Shown: positions 37,391 to 50,129 of the stretch, one piece after another | Numbering within the stretch: the stretch's first letter is position 1 | Layout: each line of letters starts with the position of its first letter | Assembly: GCA_030704615.1 (NCBI GenBank) | Contig: CM060734.1 | Location: forward strand, 5,704,001 to 5,768,000 | Direction of reading: 5' to 3' | Source: Takakia lepidozioides | Lineage: Eukaryota > Plantae > Bryophyta | DNA length: 64,000 nt | The notes under the pieces: generated by a model | The model's input: the letters and a program-made list of their open reading frames with translations, nothing else | Told to the model about the DNA's origin: nothing | Databases searched by the model: none | Program-made: the position numbers and the translations under genes

Positions 37391-38770
37391 ATGGAGCCAC
37401 CGGGTCTGTCCAACCACCCAGCATATTCGTAAGCACCAAACACCACAAAAAGGAGTTGTTGCCACCACAATTTTGTTAAGAATGTATCACCTTTTCTGTT
37501 GCATCCACACAGGATGTGGCTAGACGATGGAGCTTCTCCAATGTCATCGTGGGCTTCAGAGCGCGAGAGTAGTGCTTCCCCACCTCCACCAGAAAGTTGG
37601 CACCAAGGGCGGGATCAGCTATGGCCACGTACTTTACCATCCGCGACTTGTACTTTATGCGGGCCCTCACCTCCGCAGCTTTGACATACGATTCGAGTTC
37701 CGGGAGGGTTGGATTCTTCTCCTCTGACTCCATGTAGAACCTCCGCGCATATGCCAAATCCTGCTGTATTTTCGTCTGTCAAGAATGCGCACATAAGATT
37801 AGAGATCCTGCTCAACACAATTTCTTCTATTGGGGAGGAGAGACAGATTAGCTCAACAAAACTGTCAGGAGCTTTACCCGAAATATGTAGTCCACCATGG
37901 CGTCGACACTCAGCCTATACCAGGTTCTGTCTGCCTTTGCCTCCGACTTGCGCAGGAGGTCGGCACTGAGGGAATTGGCAAACTCTTGCACCCCCTGCTT
38001 CCCGACATCCTTCACTCGGAAGAGCATATGGGACAAGTTGGTGGCAATGAAGGCATTCTCAGTCACCCTGCAGTGCCACATTTCCATCAAACAATACTGA
38101 AATGGGAATTTTCATCATATATGAGGATTCGCAATGAAATGACTTCCAAATTCAAAGTCCAAAAGCGAGAGGGGTTGTAGCTTACGAGTTGATGTCGGCC
38201 ATTGCAGCTTTGAGAAGACTGCGATCTTTGGGCCCCGCAACCTTCAGCACAACACAATCGACGGCGAAATGCCAATCGAGATCGTTGGGGTGGGCTTGGG
38301 CAATGTGCTCCATCCATGCCAGGAGGCGATGATTGCCGTCCCACACATAGAACATCTTACCGGACATGTGCTGGAAAAGAGGATCACTAGCAATCGATCT
38401 CTCGAACTCCTCATTTCGCGTTTGCCAATGGGGACCCCATTTGTCCACCTCATCGGAAGTGTGGGCACGGGAAGCTCCGTGGTCGTTCTCAATGGAAACG
38501 TAAAAGGCGGCAGACCCCATTCGATATCCATCCCGGAAAGAGAATTTCAGCTTGTCGATATCGCCTGGGAGGGCAGGTCTCACCACCTGCAATGACACCA
38601 AGCGGCAAAGGGGAATTCGAAGCTTGGCCGGGTACACCATGCCCCCCAGCACCCTGCCAATGTTGCTGTGGGTTGCCTCCAACATCTTGGCAGCGGCCAA
38701 CTTCATATCCGCCTCAGACATGACGTCTGCTGCAGAGGGGTTTTCCGGCAGCCCACCAGGACCGCCAATG
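37391..38770 (-). pseudogene. Fragment of a ParB-MTase-like cargo gene (ParB exon plus two following exons), non-B subfamily
   Basis: LRIPLCRLVSLQVVRPAL..MFYVWDGNHRLLAW..MADINS / VTENA..WYRL / AYARRFYMESE..LEKLHRL. Intron positions match B1 but the sequence is clearly diverged. Confidence 0.85.
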
Positions 38771-39226
38771 CGTTATGCGCATTTCCGTTTTGCATGTCAG
38801 GCATGAAACCGCATTTCCGTTCGGGATGCAACTCAAAGCTGCCTTAACAGAAATGCGGCGCCGCATTTCCGTTTTCACTCTAACTCATGAGACGCTGGGA
38901 CCAAATGCCATGATATGTGAACACGTGGACCAACGGAAATGCGGCACCACATTTTGATGTCTACATTCATGCTGGCTGAAGTGGCAGGAGGCGGCGCGGC
39001 CTGACCTTTGGTTAATGATGTTTGTTTGGCGGACGACAGGCGTATCTTTGATGATTCGAATTTCTTAATGACGCATAGTCGACAAGGAGACACTTCCATC
39101 CCAGCCTTTCGAACCCAAGTGGTGCATCACCGCCGTTTCATCTTCTTTTGTCGTGTCTACTCAGTCACCTCTCTCGCGCCCTTTCCATGTGCACTCTTCG
39201 CCCCTTTTCCATGTCTTGTTCTTCTT

Positions 39227-42200
39227 ATGCTCCAACCTGAGAGGGAGGAAGTGCGTGCACCAGAGAAGAGACATCGTCGCAAGCTCCGCAAGTTGTACTT
39301 CAGACGTAGGCCAATGCCGAAGGGGAGGAAGCTGATGCGTCTGTAGGAGGAGATGGTCATCTTGCAGCGGCAGGCAACGTAGGCAACCTAACCCCTAGTG
39401 AGAGCTCCGTGCTATCGGGATGCGCGCAGCTGATCGAGCACCGAAACCCTCCCTCATTTTTGTTGTGCAATTCTTAGATTGTATGATAGGACACTTGAAT
39501 GCAGAAGATGTTTGCATGCCTAACTCGAAAGGTGGAGGTGGTGGAGGGATCGCAGGAATCCGAAGAGCCGCAGGAAGAATCTGTGGAGCTAGCTGCAACA
39601 TGCACACCCAGCCGGGCTTGCCCTGTGCGTTTCAAGGACGCGGCTAGGAAAGGCAAGTCTTTGCAGTTCAAAGCCCCAAAGAAAGACTCGCGTTTGAAGG
39701 TCATGGAGAATCGCCAGCAGGGGTCGGGCCCTTATCCAGCAAAGACGAAGAAGAAGCAGCCCGTCCTTGAACAGGTTTCTGAACCGGACCAGGCCGTCCC
39801 CCCCCCCCCCCCCCCCCCCCCAAGAGAATGAAGCAGAAGGGTGCAGTGCAGATTCAAATGCAGCAGACACCTTCACCTGCAAGAATCAAGAAGCAGAAGG
39901 CAATCAGGGGGAGGGCGGAGCAGTCTCCCACAAAACCGATTCCACGAACTGAAGCCCAGTTCCTGCTTGATTTCCAGGTAGGTGATGTTGGGGGCGTCTC
40001 TGCTGCAGCGAAGACAACAGGATCGACCGATTTTGTCGATCTGTCAGCGGAGGAGGGTGCTGCTGCTCAACATTTGCAACAGGACTTCACCACCGTTGAG
40101 GAAGAACTTCAGAATACTACAGGCCCGGAGGAGGCCTCTGCAATGCGAGAATTGCCCGCAAAGATTTCCCAGAGTACAGCTGCAGTTGGGGATGCTCCAG
40201 CTGCTCAGCCCCTACCGCCACCTGTAGAAATGTCTCCGGAGGAATTCCAAAGTGCAGCGGATACAATATTGGAGGAGACACACAATAGCATTGGTAGAGT
40301 TCTGGGTAGCAGGGTATTCCAGCGGACTCTTCGCATTCCACTCTGTTGCATGGTCTCCCTTCCCATCGTCAGGCAGGCTCTTCTAGGAGATGTGGATAAG
40401 CTCCAGTTCGCATTTCGAGAAGGGTATCGTCTAGGTTTGCTAGCCTTCTACGTTTCCATTGAGAATGAGGACGGCGAAACTCATGGACCCACTGCGGATG
40501 AATTATTAACATGGGATACCCACTGGCACACTCGCAATGACAAATTCGAGACAATGCTGAAGGGTGATCCAGACTTCGGCCATATGTCGGGCAAAATGTT
40601 TTTTGTGTGGGACGGGAATCACCGACTTCTTGCCTGGTGGGAGTACATCAAGCAAAACCATGCCAAGCATATTGGCTGGCATTACATGGTGGAGTGTGTC
40701 ATCCTGAAGATGAAGGCGGCAGACTCTTCCCTGCTCAAGAATGCCATGGCGGACCTCAACTCGTAAGATTCTCATACCCTCCCAAGCACATCCGAAATGC
40801 GGTGCCGCATTTTGGTTTCCAATCAGTTTTGTTTCCGTGCTTCAATGGACTGAACTGGAGAGTGTGCCTTGCAGGGTCACTGAAAATGCTTACGTGCATA
40901 CGCACATGGCACATATGTTGTACAAGGTGAGGAAAACTGGTCTCACTGACCCGCACATGTTCGCCGAAATGCTGGAGCCCGAGCTCATTCAAAAAGCCGT
41001 GGCAAAAACAGACCGGACATGGTATCGCCTCACTATGGATGGAATGGTGGAGGTGATATACGAAGTAAGTCGTCCTCCCATTTTCCTCTGCTCATCCTTC
41101 CCCAATTTCCAGTCACCTTTCCACATGGATCGAATGTAATGATTCTGCATGTTTTTCTTGGCAGTCAAACATCAAGCTGGATTTGGCCCATGCCAAACGC
41201 TTCTTCATGGAAAGTGAGGGGCAGTTAAAAACGTTGCAGTTATTGATTGAGCACTTGAAGGAAGCCGGGGTCAAGTCCAGAACCAAATACAAGTCAAAGC
41301 TTGTGAAGCTGGTGGCCATTGCAGATCCGGCACTTGGAAAGGACTTCATCCCCGAGATTGCAAAACACTATTCTCGGGCCATGCAGCTGACCATGCAGTT
41401 GGAGAAACTGCATCACCTCTCAACGGCATGTGTGGAGGCGAAAGAGAAGGTGAGGTTTCAATGCACTGAAGTTCTTTCCTAGCAATAGCCACTCTACTTC
41501 CTGCTCCTGACATTGGATCGGAAATGGCAGACACAGTGGCTGTCGATCTGGAATGCATGGAGAGTATAAGGACCATGTGGTCTTTTCCACTCGAAGTTTC
41601 CGACCCTGCAGTGGATGTGTGGCTCAACCGCATGACTTGGTGGTTCCAGGTAATTCAAGGTACTTCCCCCGATTTGCTTTGCTGGAATGAATTTCATGAA
41701 CTGCTACGTGACAATGCATGTTGGAAACGCAGGTAATGACGAATGCGAAGGAGCAAGTCGTAATGCATACAAATTCGTTCGGCTTGTACGTGAAATGGGA
41801 TGGAACACAGACATTGGAAGACTACGTGACACATTTCAGATGTGCGTACAAGGACAACCTCTTCGCCAGGGAGCTGCAGACAGCAAGAAGGAGTGTGGAG
41901 TTTACACATCAGGAGGGGGCGGGAAAAGCTGCAATGCGAATTGTGTACAGGTGAAGCCCAGCTCCCGTTGTATGCAAAAGCTGGGTTATGAGGTTTGCCT
42001 GGGAAATGCGGCACTGCATTCGCACTTTATGTTTTCAGTTGCACTCTGCGAATACATTGGTCATAACTTGTGCTCACGCATGCTGACTGTCTTGCAGGTA
42101 TATGAAATACGTGCTTCTTAAGATAAGGGCCCTGGCTCAAGAGCCCCCGTTCTTCATGGCTTGGACCGTGGCGGGCCCAAGTTGTGTCTACACACCAGAG

Positions 42201-44448
42201 ATGCAGAAACAATGGCATGTCGTGTATCTCATTGGATGCCCGTGGTACCTGGACATGTCTGGCGGACTTGTTGACGGATCGGAGAAAGATCTGCACACGA
42301 AAGTGGAGGAGAAGAGAAAGGAAGGACGTGTCCTTGCTGGGCCTGAGTCGGCAAAGGACGCTGCTGCTCTGGAACAATCCAGAAAGGCAGCTGAGCCACA
42401 AAAGACGGTGGATGCAGCTGTGCAGGCTCAACAAAAGGGGTCGAAGAAGAGGACTCGCCAGCAAGGAGCAGCAGTTGTGACACCCAAGAAGACGAAGAAG
42501 CAGAAATAGAAAGAGCAGGAAGAGGGTGACGAAGAGGACTCCGATGGAGACTTTGCAACCAGCCCACCCCCCGAAACGCAGCCAAAATCCCTTGTGCCCA
42601 CCGTTGTCACGAAAGGGACGAGAACAGGCTCAGCAAAGAAGGCACTCTTCAACCCCCCGGGGGGGCACCCTTTCGAGCCGGTGGAAATGAAGAGGCCGAA
42701 AGTGGAGCCAGAAACAGTAGTTCAGTGTGTCAATGAGAGTTTTTTGGCGGCTTTGGATGGACAGGCAGCCAAGTTGGCATACATCAAGACCATGGAGGGT
42801 CTGAAGGGCAGAGCACTGAAGAAGGCGGCTGCCAAAGAGCCTTCCGGCACCCCTGGGTTTCTGAAGATGGTCTCGTTCTTTGAGAAGGTGTGTGCAGGGA
42901 AGGATTGCAGGAGGGGCGGAAAAGCCACCGAGTGGTCTTGCGATATGATCATCTTGGATATTCCGGACGGAGAGCCTGTGGAAGGACTGCAAGCTTTGCC
43001 ATCTTGGAACAGGTACTCCGAGGACTTTTGGAAGAAAAGATTCGGGCTCGCCCACATGGTGTTGGACGACAGAGGCTGTGTGGTTGTCCTGGCGAGCAGA
43101 GGCAAAAACGCGGAGGCAGGAATTGCGAAGTGGACCCGCAAGAGCGCCGTCCCAATTGTGAAGAAGAAGTGGACGTGCATCAACACATTGGGCGTTCGGT
43201 TGGAAGGGAAGAAGGTAATTACAACATTGGCAATCGTCCTTTCATTTTGTAAGCTGTTTTGAAATGCGGTGCTGCATTCAGTTTCTAATTGTTCCCCACT
43301 GTGTATGCAGACGAAGTAGTTCGATGCATACTGCTTTGTGAAGGAGAACTTGACCTTTGCTTTCCGGAAGGATGGATTGTTGGTTGACCCGAATTGCGAC
43401 CCCATCGATTACGACGTCCTATTCAACAACGTTCCCACGGAACTCCTCCCTCATAGCCTCACTTCAACGGATCCCCTGTGGTATTCACGGACTCGGAGCC
43501 CTGCCTTCATCCAGACAATTATGGAGGCATGCACTGACCTAGAGGGCAGAGTGCTGGACCTCATCTGTGGAATAGGTATGCAGATTCTTGTACTATGTTG
43601 TTCTGCGAATTCTCATTATGTTCAAATTCGCCATATCTGAAGGGCCATGTTTTAATGAGTGGATGCCATTCTAACAGGTGCCTCAATGTGGGCTGGGCGG
43701 TTTTCCGACCGACACCTCTTTGCCTACGAGGAGGCCACATCCGTCTGGGGATCCCATCTGGAAGGGCTTCAACGGAATGTGAAGGCTCCCATCGAAGCCA
43801 AAGATTCCTCGGATGATTCGTCGGACTCGGAAGAAGAGACAGTGGACATTGATGCCGAGGAGAACCTGGAATACGAGTGAGTGCAAACATTGTAAGTTTG
43901 CAAAGCCTTCTGGGTGATTTTTTGTCACACGCATTTCCGGACTGTGGTTCTCATTGGTCTCGTGGGTGATTGTTATGTGCAGGATTCAAGATCCGGGTCG
44001 AAACCAGTGGTGCCAACATTTCTTGCTAGGGAAAATGTCCCGTTCTTTGCGAGGACCGACTTCATGAAGAGCCCGGTCCTCCCTTCCTAGTTATGCAGCT
44101 AAACTTGCAAATATAGCGATTAGACGATGTGAGAATCCCAGTAAAGTAGAGCTGATTTTGGAGAGGGCTAGGGAGGACAGAAGGATAAGGAAAGAGTTGG
44201 CAGCAGCTGAGACAGGTAGACGGGTGCGAAAGTATATATGTGATTTAGCGGAAGAGAACGATGCAGACAGGGAGGACGACGACCCAACGGAGGTGAGATG
44301 GTCAGTTCCGCAAGGGGAAGATGGGATTTTCGAAAGCCTGGCGAATGAGCAGTCCGCTGGACATGAGAAAGGCAATGAGGGGGTGGAAGAGGAGCAGGAC
44401 AGTCAAGGACAGGATGACGATAGTGATGATGATTTTCAAGATAGGTAG
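39227..44448 (+). pseudogene. Most complete ParB/Srx-like + beta-class amino-MTase-like cargo gene (multi-exon, a few stops/frameshifts)
   Basis: The ParB-like exon ends at 40762 (MFFVWDGNHRLLAW); GT-AG introns at 40763-40874, 41065-41164 and others. MTase-like motifs are DMIILDIPDG (~42945) and SRTRSPAFIQTIMEACTDLEGRVLDLICGIG/ASMWAGRFSDRHLFAYEE, followed by an acidic tail. Confidence 0.82.
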
Positions 44449-44579
44449 AATTTTAATTAACTCTCTGTACATTTACATTCTCTTCCAGAGTATATAAAGG
44501 AATTTCTCCCCGCTGTTGATGTCCCCTCTCCCATGTGCTTCTAAACGACACCATCTTTCAAACCACGTCCTTCCCAAAA

Positions 44580-45145
44580 CCGGAAATGCGGCGCCGCATT
44601 TCCATGTCGGAACGGAAAAACGGAATGTGGCAACTGCAAATACATCGTTTGGAAATGCGGCACCGCATTTCCATAACCGGGGCAAGAACAATTTTCCGTT
44701 TCCTGTTTTGGACATCAGAAACTGTTCGGCCGAACGGAAATGCGGTGCCGCATTTCCGTTTTCGACATGGAAGTTTTGCCGATTGCCAGTTCCTTCCATT
44801 GAGGTAAATGGAAATGCGACGCCACATTCGGAGGTCGAACACGTTATTCCCATGGCGGACATGGAAATGCGGTGCCGCATTTCCATTTTGGAGATGGATG
44901 TTTGTCCAATTCCAGACCCTTCGACGGAAATGCGGGACCGCATTCCATTGTCCAATACAAAATTTCGATGACGGACATGGAAATGTGGTGCCGCATTTCC
45001 AGAACGGACATCGTTGTTTGTCCAATTCCAGACCCTTCGACGGAAATGCGGCACCACATTCCATCGTGCTGGACAGAAATGCGGTGCCGCATTCCATTGT
45101 CCAATACGATGCCGCATTGTCCAATACGGTGCCGCATTCCATTGT
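44580..45145. repeat. Downstream array of the B-type palindrome GGAAATGCGG-NN-CCGCATTTCC
   Basis: About 10 copies, e.g. 44582, 44651, 44736, 44862, 44979. Confidence 0.9.
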
Positions 45146-46180
45146 CGTGGCACCTCCAGGTAAACTGCAATGCGGTCGTTCTGGTGCCCTTGGTGGAGCT
45201 GACGACAATGTCATGCCCATCAATGATACCACCATCATACATTGACAAGGTCACTGTGGGCCTCATGTGCCCGTGCGATTTGTCTTCGCAACTTAGCCGA
45301 ATGTCTCCATACACTGGAAGAGCGGAGTGAACTCCACGAATATAGTTTTCCCCGGTGCCGTCCTCCCTGGTCCACTGGAGGTTTACTATTTCATGAGCAG
45401 AAACCATGAGCCATGAGCCATGAGCCGCATGAGCGGTGAGCCGAAGTCTAAGACACGCGGATTTCATGAGCGGACTCCTCCAAATTTGGAAATGCGGCAG
45501 ATTAAACAAGTATTAAAATAATAGTTTTATATTTGACCTTGCCGTTTTTGGAAGTTACGGATCCTGTAATGCGGCAAAGATATGTCGTTAGTAACAACTC
45601 CGCTCATGGTTTTTTAGATCCGCTCATGGAAATGAGTGACTGTGCAACGAGAAATCCAGTATACCACGGCAAAAGGACGTCGCATACTGGCCTGTATAGA
45701 GTATTCCGCGGTTTTACATGCCTTAACATTGGAATGAAGCTGACCCTTTTGCCGCGACTGAACCAATAGAGTCTGCACAATTCTATCATCTTCCAGTATT
45801 CGGCGGGAAAGTTTTGCAAGTGAACTAGGAAATGCGGTGCCGCATAATTTCTGGGCGGTTTGGTGTTGCTGACTGCCGCATCTACCAGTACCTACGACGT
45901 TACTTGGAAATGCGGCGCCGCATTTCCTTGCCGGGGGTCGAATGAGGAACGCAAAGTTTGGGAGAGCTGAAAAACAGGAACCCTCCAACACACAAAAATA
46001 CATGCACGTGGAAACACGAGTGAATGACATAGTATTATCGACGTTCGAGCAAAACAGGTTACTGGTAGGCAAGACATAAGTCGGACCTTTCTGTGGCCAC
46101 AGTCAGAGCTACTTGCAGCAGTACAGTTCTACTATCCGAAAAGGATGGGCGTACCATTGTGTTGGGACCGCAAGCCCAGC

Positions 46181-49100
46181 TCACTGGTCCCCTGGATCCA
46201 TATTCAGAAGAGTGTGCACCTCTTGGGGGCTCAACCCTGGTGCATGTATGAAGTGATGAGTTGTGGAATTACACCGGAGTCTCTTTAGGTACACGTAGTA
46301 CAGATGCTTGCAAGGGTAGTATGATGCCCCTTTGTTTGCCATGATCTGAAAGTCGGTGCAACACCTCATTGCGAACAGCTGAGCCTGCAGTGGCCATCTG
46401 ATACACACGCCCGAAGCTTGGTGGGGGCACTTCTGTCGAGCTCTGGATTGTACAATTCATCCGAAGTGCATTCCCCATCCTCGTCTCGTTCACTTTTGAG
46501 GGAGGTCGCCGCCTCTTCGGTTTCCCCCAACGGTGTGTAGGATGCTTAGAGATGTCGGGTCCTATTGTTCTTGCTCTCACAGGGGTTGGTGGTGGAGGCT
46601 GTGGAAGCGGAAATGGTTGTCTGGGGACATCAGTGCGCTGCACCATCCGAAATCCTGCGGCGGTAAGGGCGTCGGCCTCAACCTGACTCAGATCGCAGCC
46701 TGGTTCCACCGGCCACACCGGGGGAGCCTCTGGCATTGTTTGTATGCCGTACTTGGGCTTTCCATACACGCAAGTCATAATGTCGTGCCTGCAGAACCAG
46801 AACTGGGTGGTTGTCGCCTCCGCAAACTTTGCATGGACAAATCTTCCTGTAAAAGTAGGAGCAGGGGCAACACCATCTGGATTCCTCCTTATCATCTTTA
46901 AACAACGTTGCCGTGTATCCACTCGAATTGCGGAACACCTGCCTTGAAACGACGGCTTTGTGTGAGCAATTCTCCACTGTGACGCAGACACAGTCGTCTC
47001 CACAATGGCTTGGCCATACTGCATAACAGGGGGCGGAATCTGGGGCAAGCGAGCGGTGGGAATTTCTCGCACGGAATCCCCGCTTGAAGGCGATGGCGAT
47101 CTGGAATTTCTTGGGCTTCCACTGCTGGAAGACACATTGTGCGGCAACATGATGGGCCCTCGAGGTGCTGTCCGAATGTTCCTGTCGGATCTCCAGGAAT
47201 CCTCTTCGCACCCGGGTTCCTCTTCAATCCTCCGCCTCACAGGGCGAGTACGGACGTCCCCCTCTAGGTGTTCACCTCTACGGTGCAGAGGCGTCCCTTT
47301 GATCTTCTCTCGCAATGCTGTCGCCCATTTCAATGGATTCTTCGACCTCAAAGCTGTTCGCACCAACAATTCCTCCCTGTCCGGCCCAAAGCCCCATTGT
47401 TTCCCGCTCAGGAACTTGTAGTACGTGGCTTGCTGCATGATTGCTCTGTCGATGTCCTCCGTTGTGGCCGTCACTACGTCCACCAGATGTGCGGCAGAAG
47501 ACGCTCGCCAGGAGGAGTGCACTGATTCTGCCATATTCGTGTTCGGCATGTCCGTGTCGGAATCCAAGCACCGCTCCTACAAGGACACAGACAATGGTGA
47601 GGAACCAATGGAAAGGTCCGTAATAGAAAGACAATTGCACGAAAATGACAGGATCATACCTCCCGCATGTACTGTCCGAACTGTCGATACCGGAAATGCC
47701 ACCACCCCAACCAGCTGTGCAAGGCTCCCAGATTGGTTGTCTCCACTGCACCTGACGTGTTCCACCAAGCCTCGATGATAGCAAACTTAACCTCCGCGTC
47801 ATCAAATGTGGGTGCATCCTTCCACGCCGTACAAAGGACACGGTGTTCAGCCTGGAATGAGCTAGCAACAAATTTGGTAGTGTAGTGGGATAGACTCTGC
47901 ATCCAATGGAATCCACAGGATCTCTCTTTCCCCTCCATTGGAACATTGGGGTCCTCACCGTACACACGCCGCACCGCTGCCCAGTTGGCCTGAGCGTTGT
48001 CTGCCATGAATCCCCTGAAATTGGGCTCTGGCAATCCCGCCCTTGCCATTTGCTCGTTTATGCCCTCCCACAGATGCATCTCCGACTGTGTGTCCTCCCC
48101 TTTCATCTCGCAGATTGCAATCGTCATGAGCCTCTTGGAGTGATAGTCATAAACATGCGCACCCATAGTCACCCACTGATGGTTTGTAATTCGCTTGATG
48201 TGATCAAACATCACCCAAGCATTCGATAGGTTTCCAATTGTCATGCGAGTGACCAAGTCGACTCCACTCCCAGGCCCACACGTCGACATTTTAAAAATGT
48301 AACAACGATCGGATTCGCTACCTTGCCCTGGAAACCTGCTACCTTGGATGTAGTCATATCCAGTCATTCGTTTCACCTCCAGGATTGAGTGCATGTCCGA
48401 CCCCCGGCCGAACTCCTGCTTGCAAGATACGATGTGATTCCGCACATTCGGACTACAAACGTGCGAGACGGACTCCAACAGGTCAAGCATCTCCTTTTCG
48501 TTCAAGGGCACTCGGTCTGAACCATCTTCAGACATGATTTTTCCAAGAGCAATCTTGTGGGCTGCCTTGAGCTGAATCTGCTTTGGTCTTGCTCCGGGGC
48601 TCAATTTCACCTCCTCTTTTATGATGTCGTGTGCTTCCTGCACAGCCTCACGCATGTTGCCTCTCGCCAAGGGGTGGCAGTGGACCCCAACGTGTATGCA
48701 AGCTCTAGTCAAGTCCGGGAGCAAATGGATTACGTAATATTGCTTGGCTCTGCACATGGACATGCACGTCGGTGGTTCTTTGCAATGTGCACACTTGAAA
48801 GTACCCGCAGGAGCTTGGCTGGAGACAATGAATGGATGATGCGTTGTGCCAGTCCAATCCGTCTCGTTTCTCCGCCCTCCTTTGGAAAGAAAGTGGAAGC
48901 AGGCGGGATTCAGGCACCTCAGCTTCCCCGCACAGAGGACGTATCGTACACGAACACCATCAGCAATTTTCGTGCTACTGGTCTTCGTCACACACCAGGG
49001 GTGTCCGTCATGCTTTCGATCCATGTCTGTTAACATCCCCGAGGCTTTGTTGAGGAAGTGACAGGTGGAAACTTGAAGATGACATTGCCATCGACTTTGG

Positions 49101-49752
49101 GAGGCAGATACGTTACCTTCCTGACCGGAAATTTGGCATAGTCGAGAGCAGCCAGCTCGGAGCGAGAACCATCCAGGTGATGTTGCCGTAGGAGCTGCAC
49201 AATGGACCGGGTTGGAGTTATGCTCGAGAGTACTTGCGTAGCACCTGCAGAGACGTCCATGTCGGATTTGAACGACCGTGTGGAGGACATGGGGACCTCA
49301 ATGCACTCATCTTCATCGTCGGAAATGTCGAATACGTCCACACGAGAAGCTATGGAGGGTCTTGACGGTCCAGGTCGGGAATTATTATCGTTGCATACCT
49401 CTCTGTTGGCAGTGGCCGCCTGTCGGTTTCCGGACTCCTTTGTGGATGGTGTGGGCAGCGACTGATTCGGAAAGGGAATGGGCATTCCCACAGCTCGGTA
49501 TAGGATGGTGTCTGATGGGGGTACGTGCCATTCGATTCCGCAACCTCCGTCGTTACCTAGCACGACAATGGTCTCGTCAACCTGTCCAGGAACATCCTTC
49601 ATTTCTTCTTCCAAGTAAACTGTGCCCGGTTTGAGCTTGAATTTAGAACAAAGGTAAATTTCAGTCACTCTGCAAAGTCCTCCCTCGTTTGGGATCCAGG
49701 CTCTCCCAAGTTGCGGAGGACAGCAAACTATAGCGTAGGAATTCGGAGCCAT
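46181..49752 (-). pseudogene. GCM-domain / MULE DDE / SWIM transposase (B2), near-complete, two lesions
   Basis: GCM-like Cys/His domain; WVMFDH (D), GFMADN (D), CGFH (MULE CxxH), intron 47577-47659, NTNMAESVH (E) and SWIM remnant CTDF..YPCKH. There is a frameshift at ~49050 and a small deletion at ~46362. Confidence 0.9.
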
Positions 49753-50129
49753 CGAACACCGCACGAAGTTGGCAAGTGCGAGGTTCAGTATAGCGACAGA
49801 CGAAGGCTCACGGGCACCATGCGGAGTCCATCGACGATTGGAAGTCGCACATTGAAGTGGAAAGTATAGTTTCAAGCTACATGCATGAAGGTGGGAGGTG
49901 TGATTCCATAGCCAGTAAGTTAGACAATGATGGCCGAATCGGCGACGAAATAACATCTCCTGACAGTTTCTCCTCAGGGTGGATCCAGCAGTATTCTCGG
50001 TACGGACAGGAGCGTTCGCACTGACAAGTGCCAGGACCGTTAGTTAAAACGGTCAGACAACCTAGTTGTGCTCATCTAGACTGGCCGCAATTCTGTTGTT
50101 TCGGAACAATGCAACCCATTCAGGTTCAG

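Larger units (their letters stand above)
38777..45150 (+). mobile_element. MULE-like subfamily B, copy B1 (cargo half only; both termini missing)
   Basis: Collinear with B2 ~51600-64000; B-type palindromes on both sides of the gene. Confidence 0.85.

Noticed and set aside
39828-43900. Bacterial or phage contamination as the source of the ParB/MTase genes
   Set aside because: The genes have conserved GT-AG introns, and related copies lie inside TIR-bounded elements nested with plant-type chromoviruses.
46181-49752. Zisupton/KDZ assignment (SWIM plus 8-bp TSD)
   Set aside because: The core shows the Mutator pattern D..D..CxxH..TNxxES; no KDZ-specific motifs were recognised.
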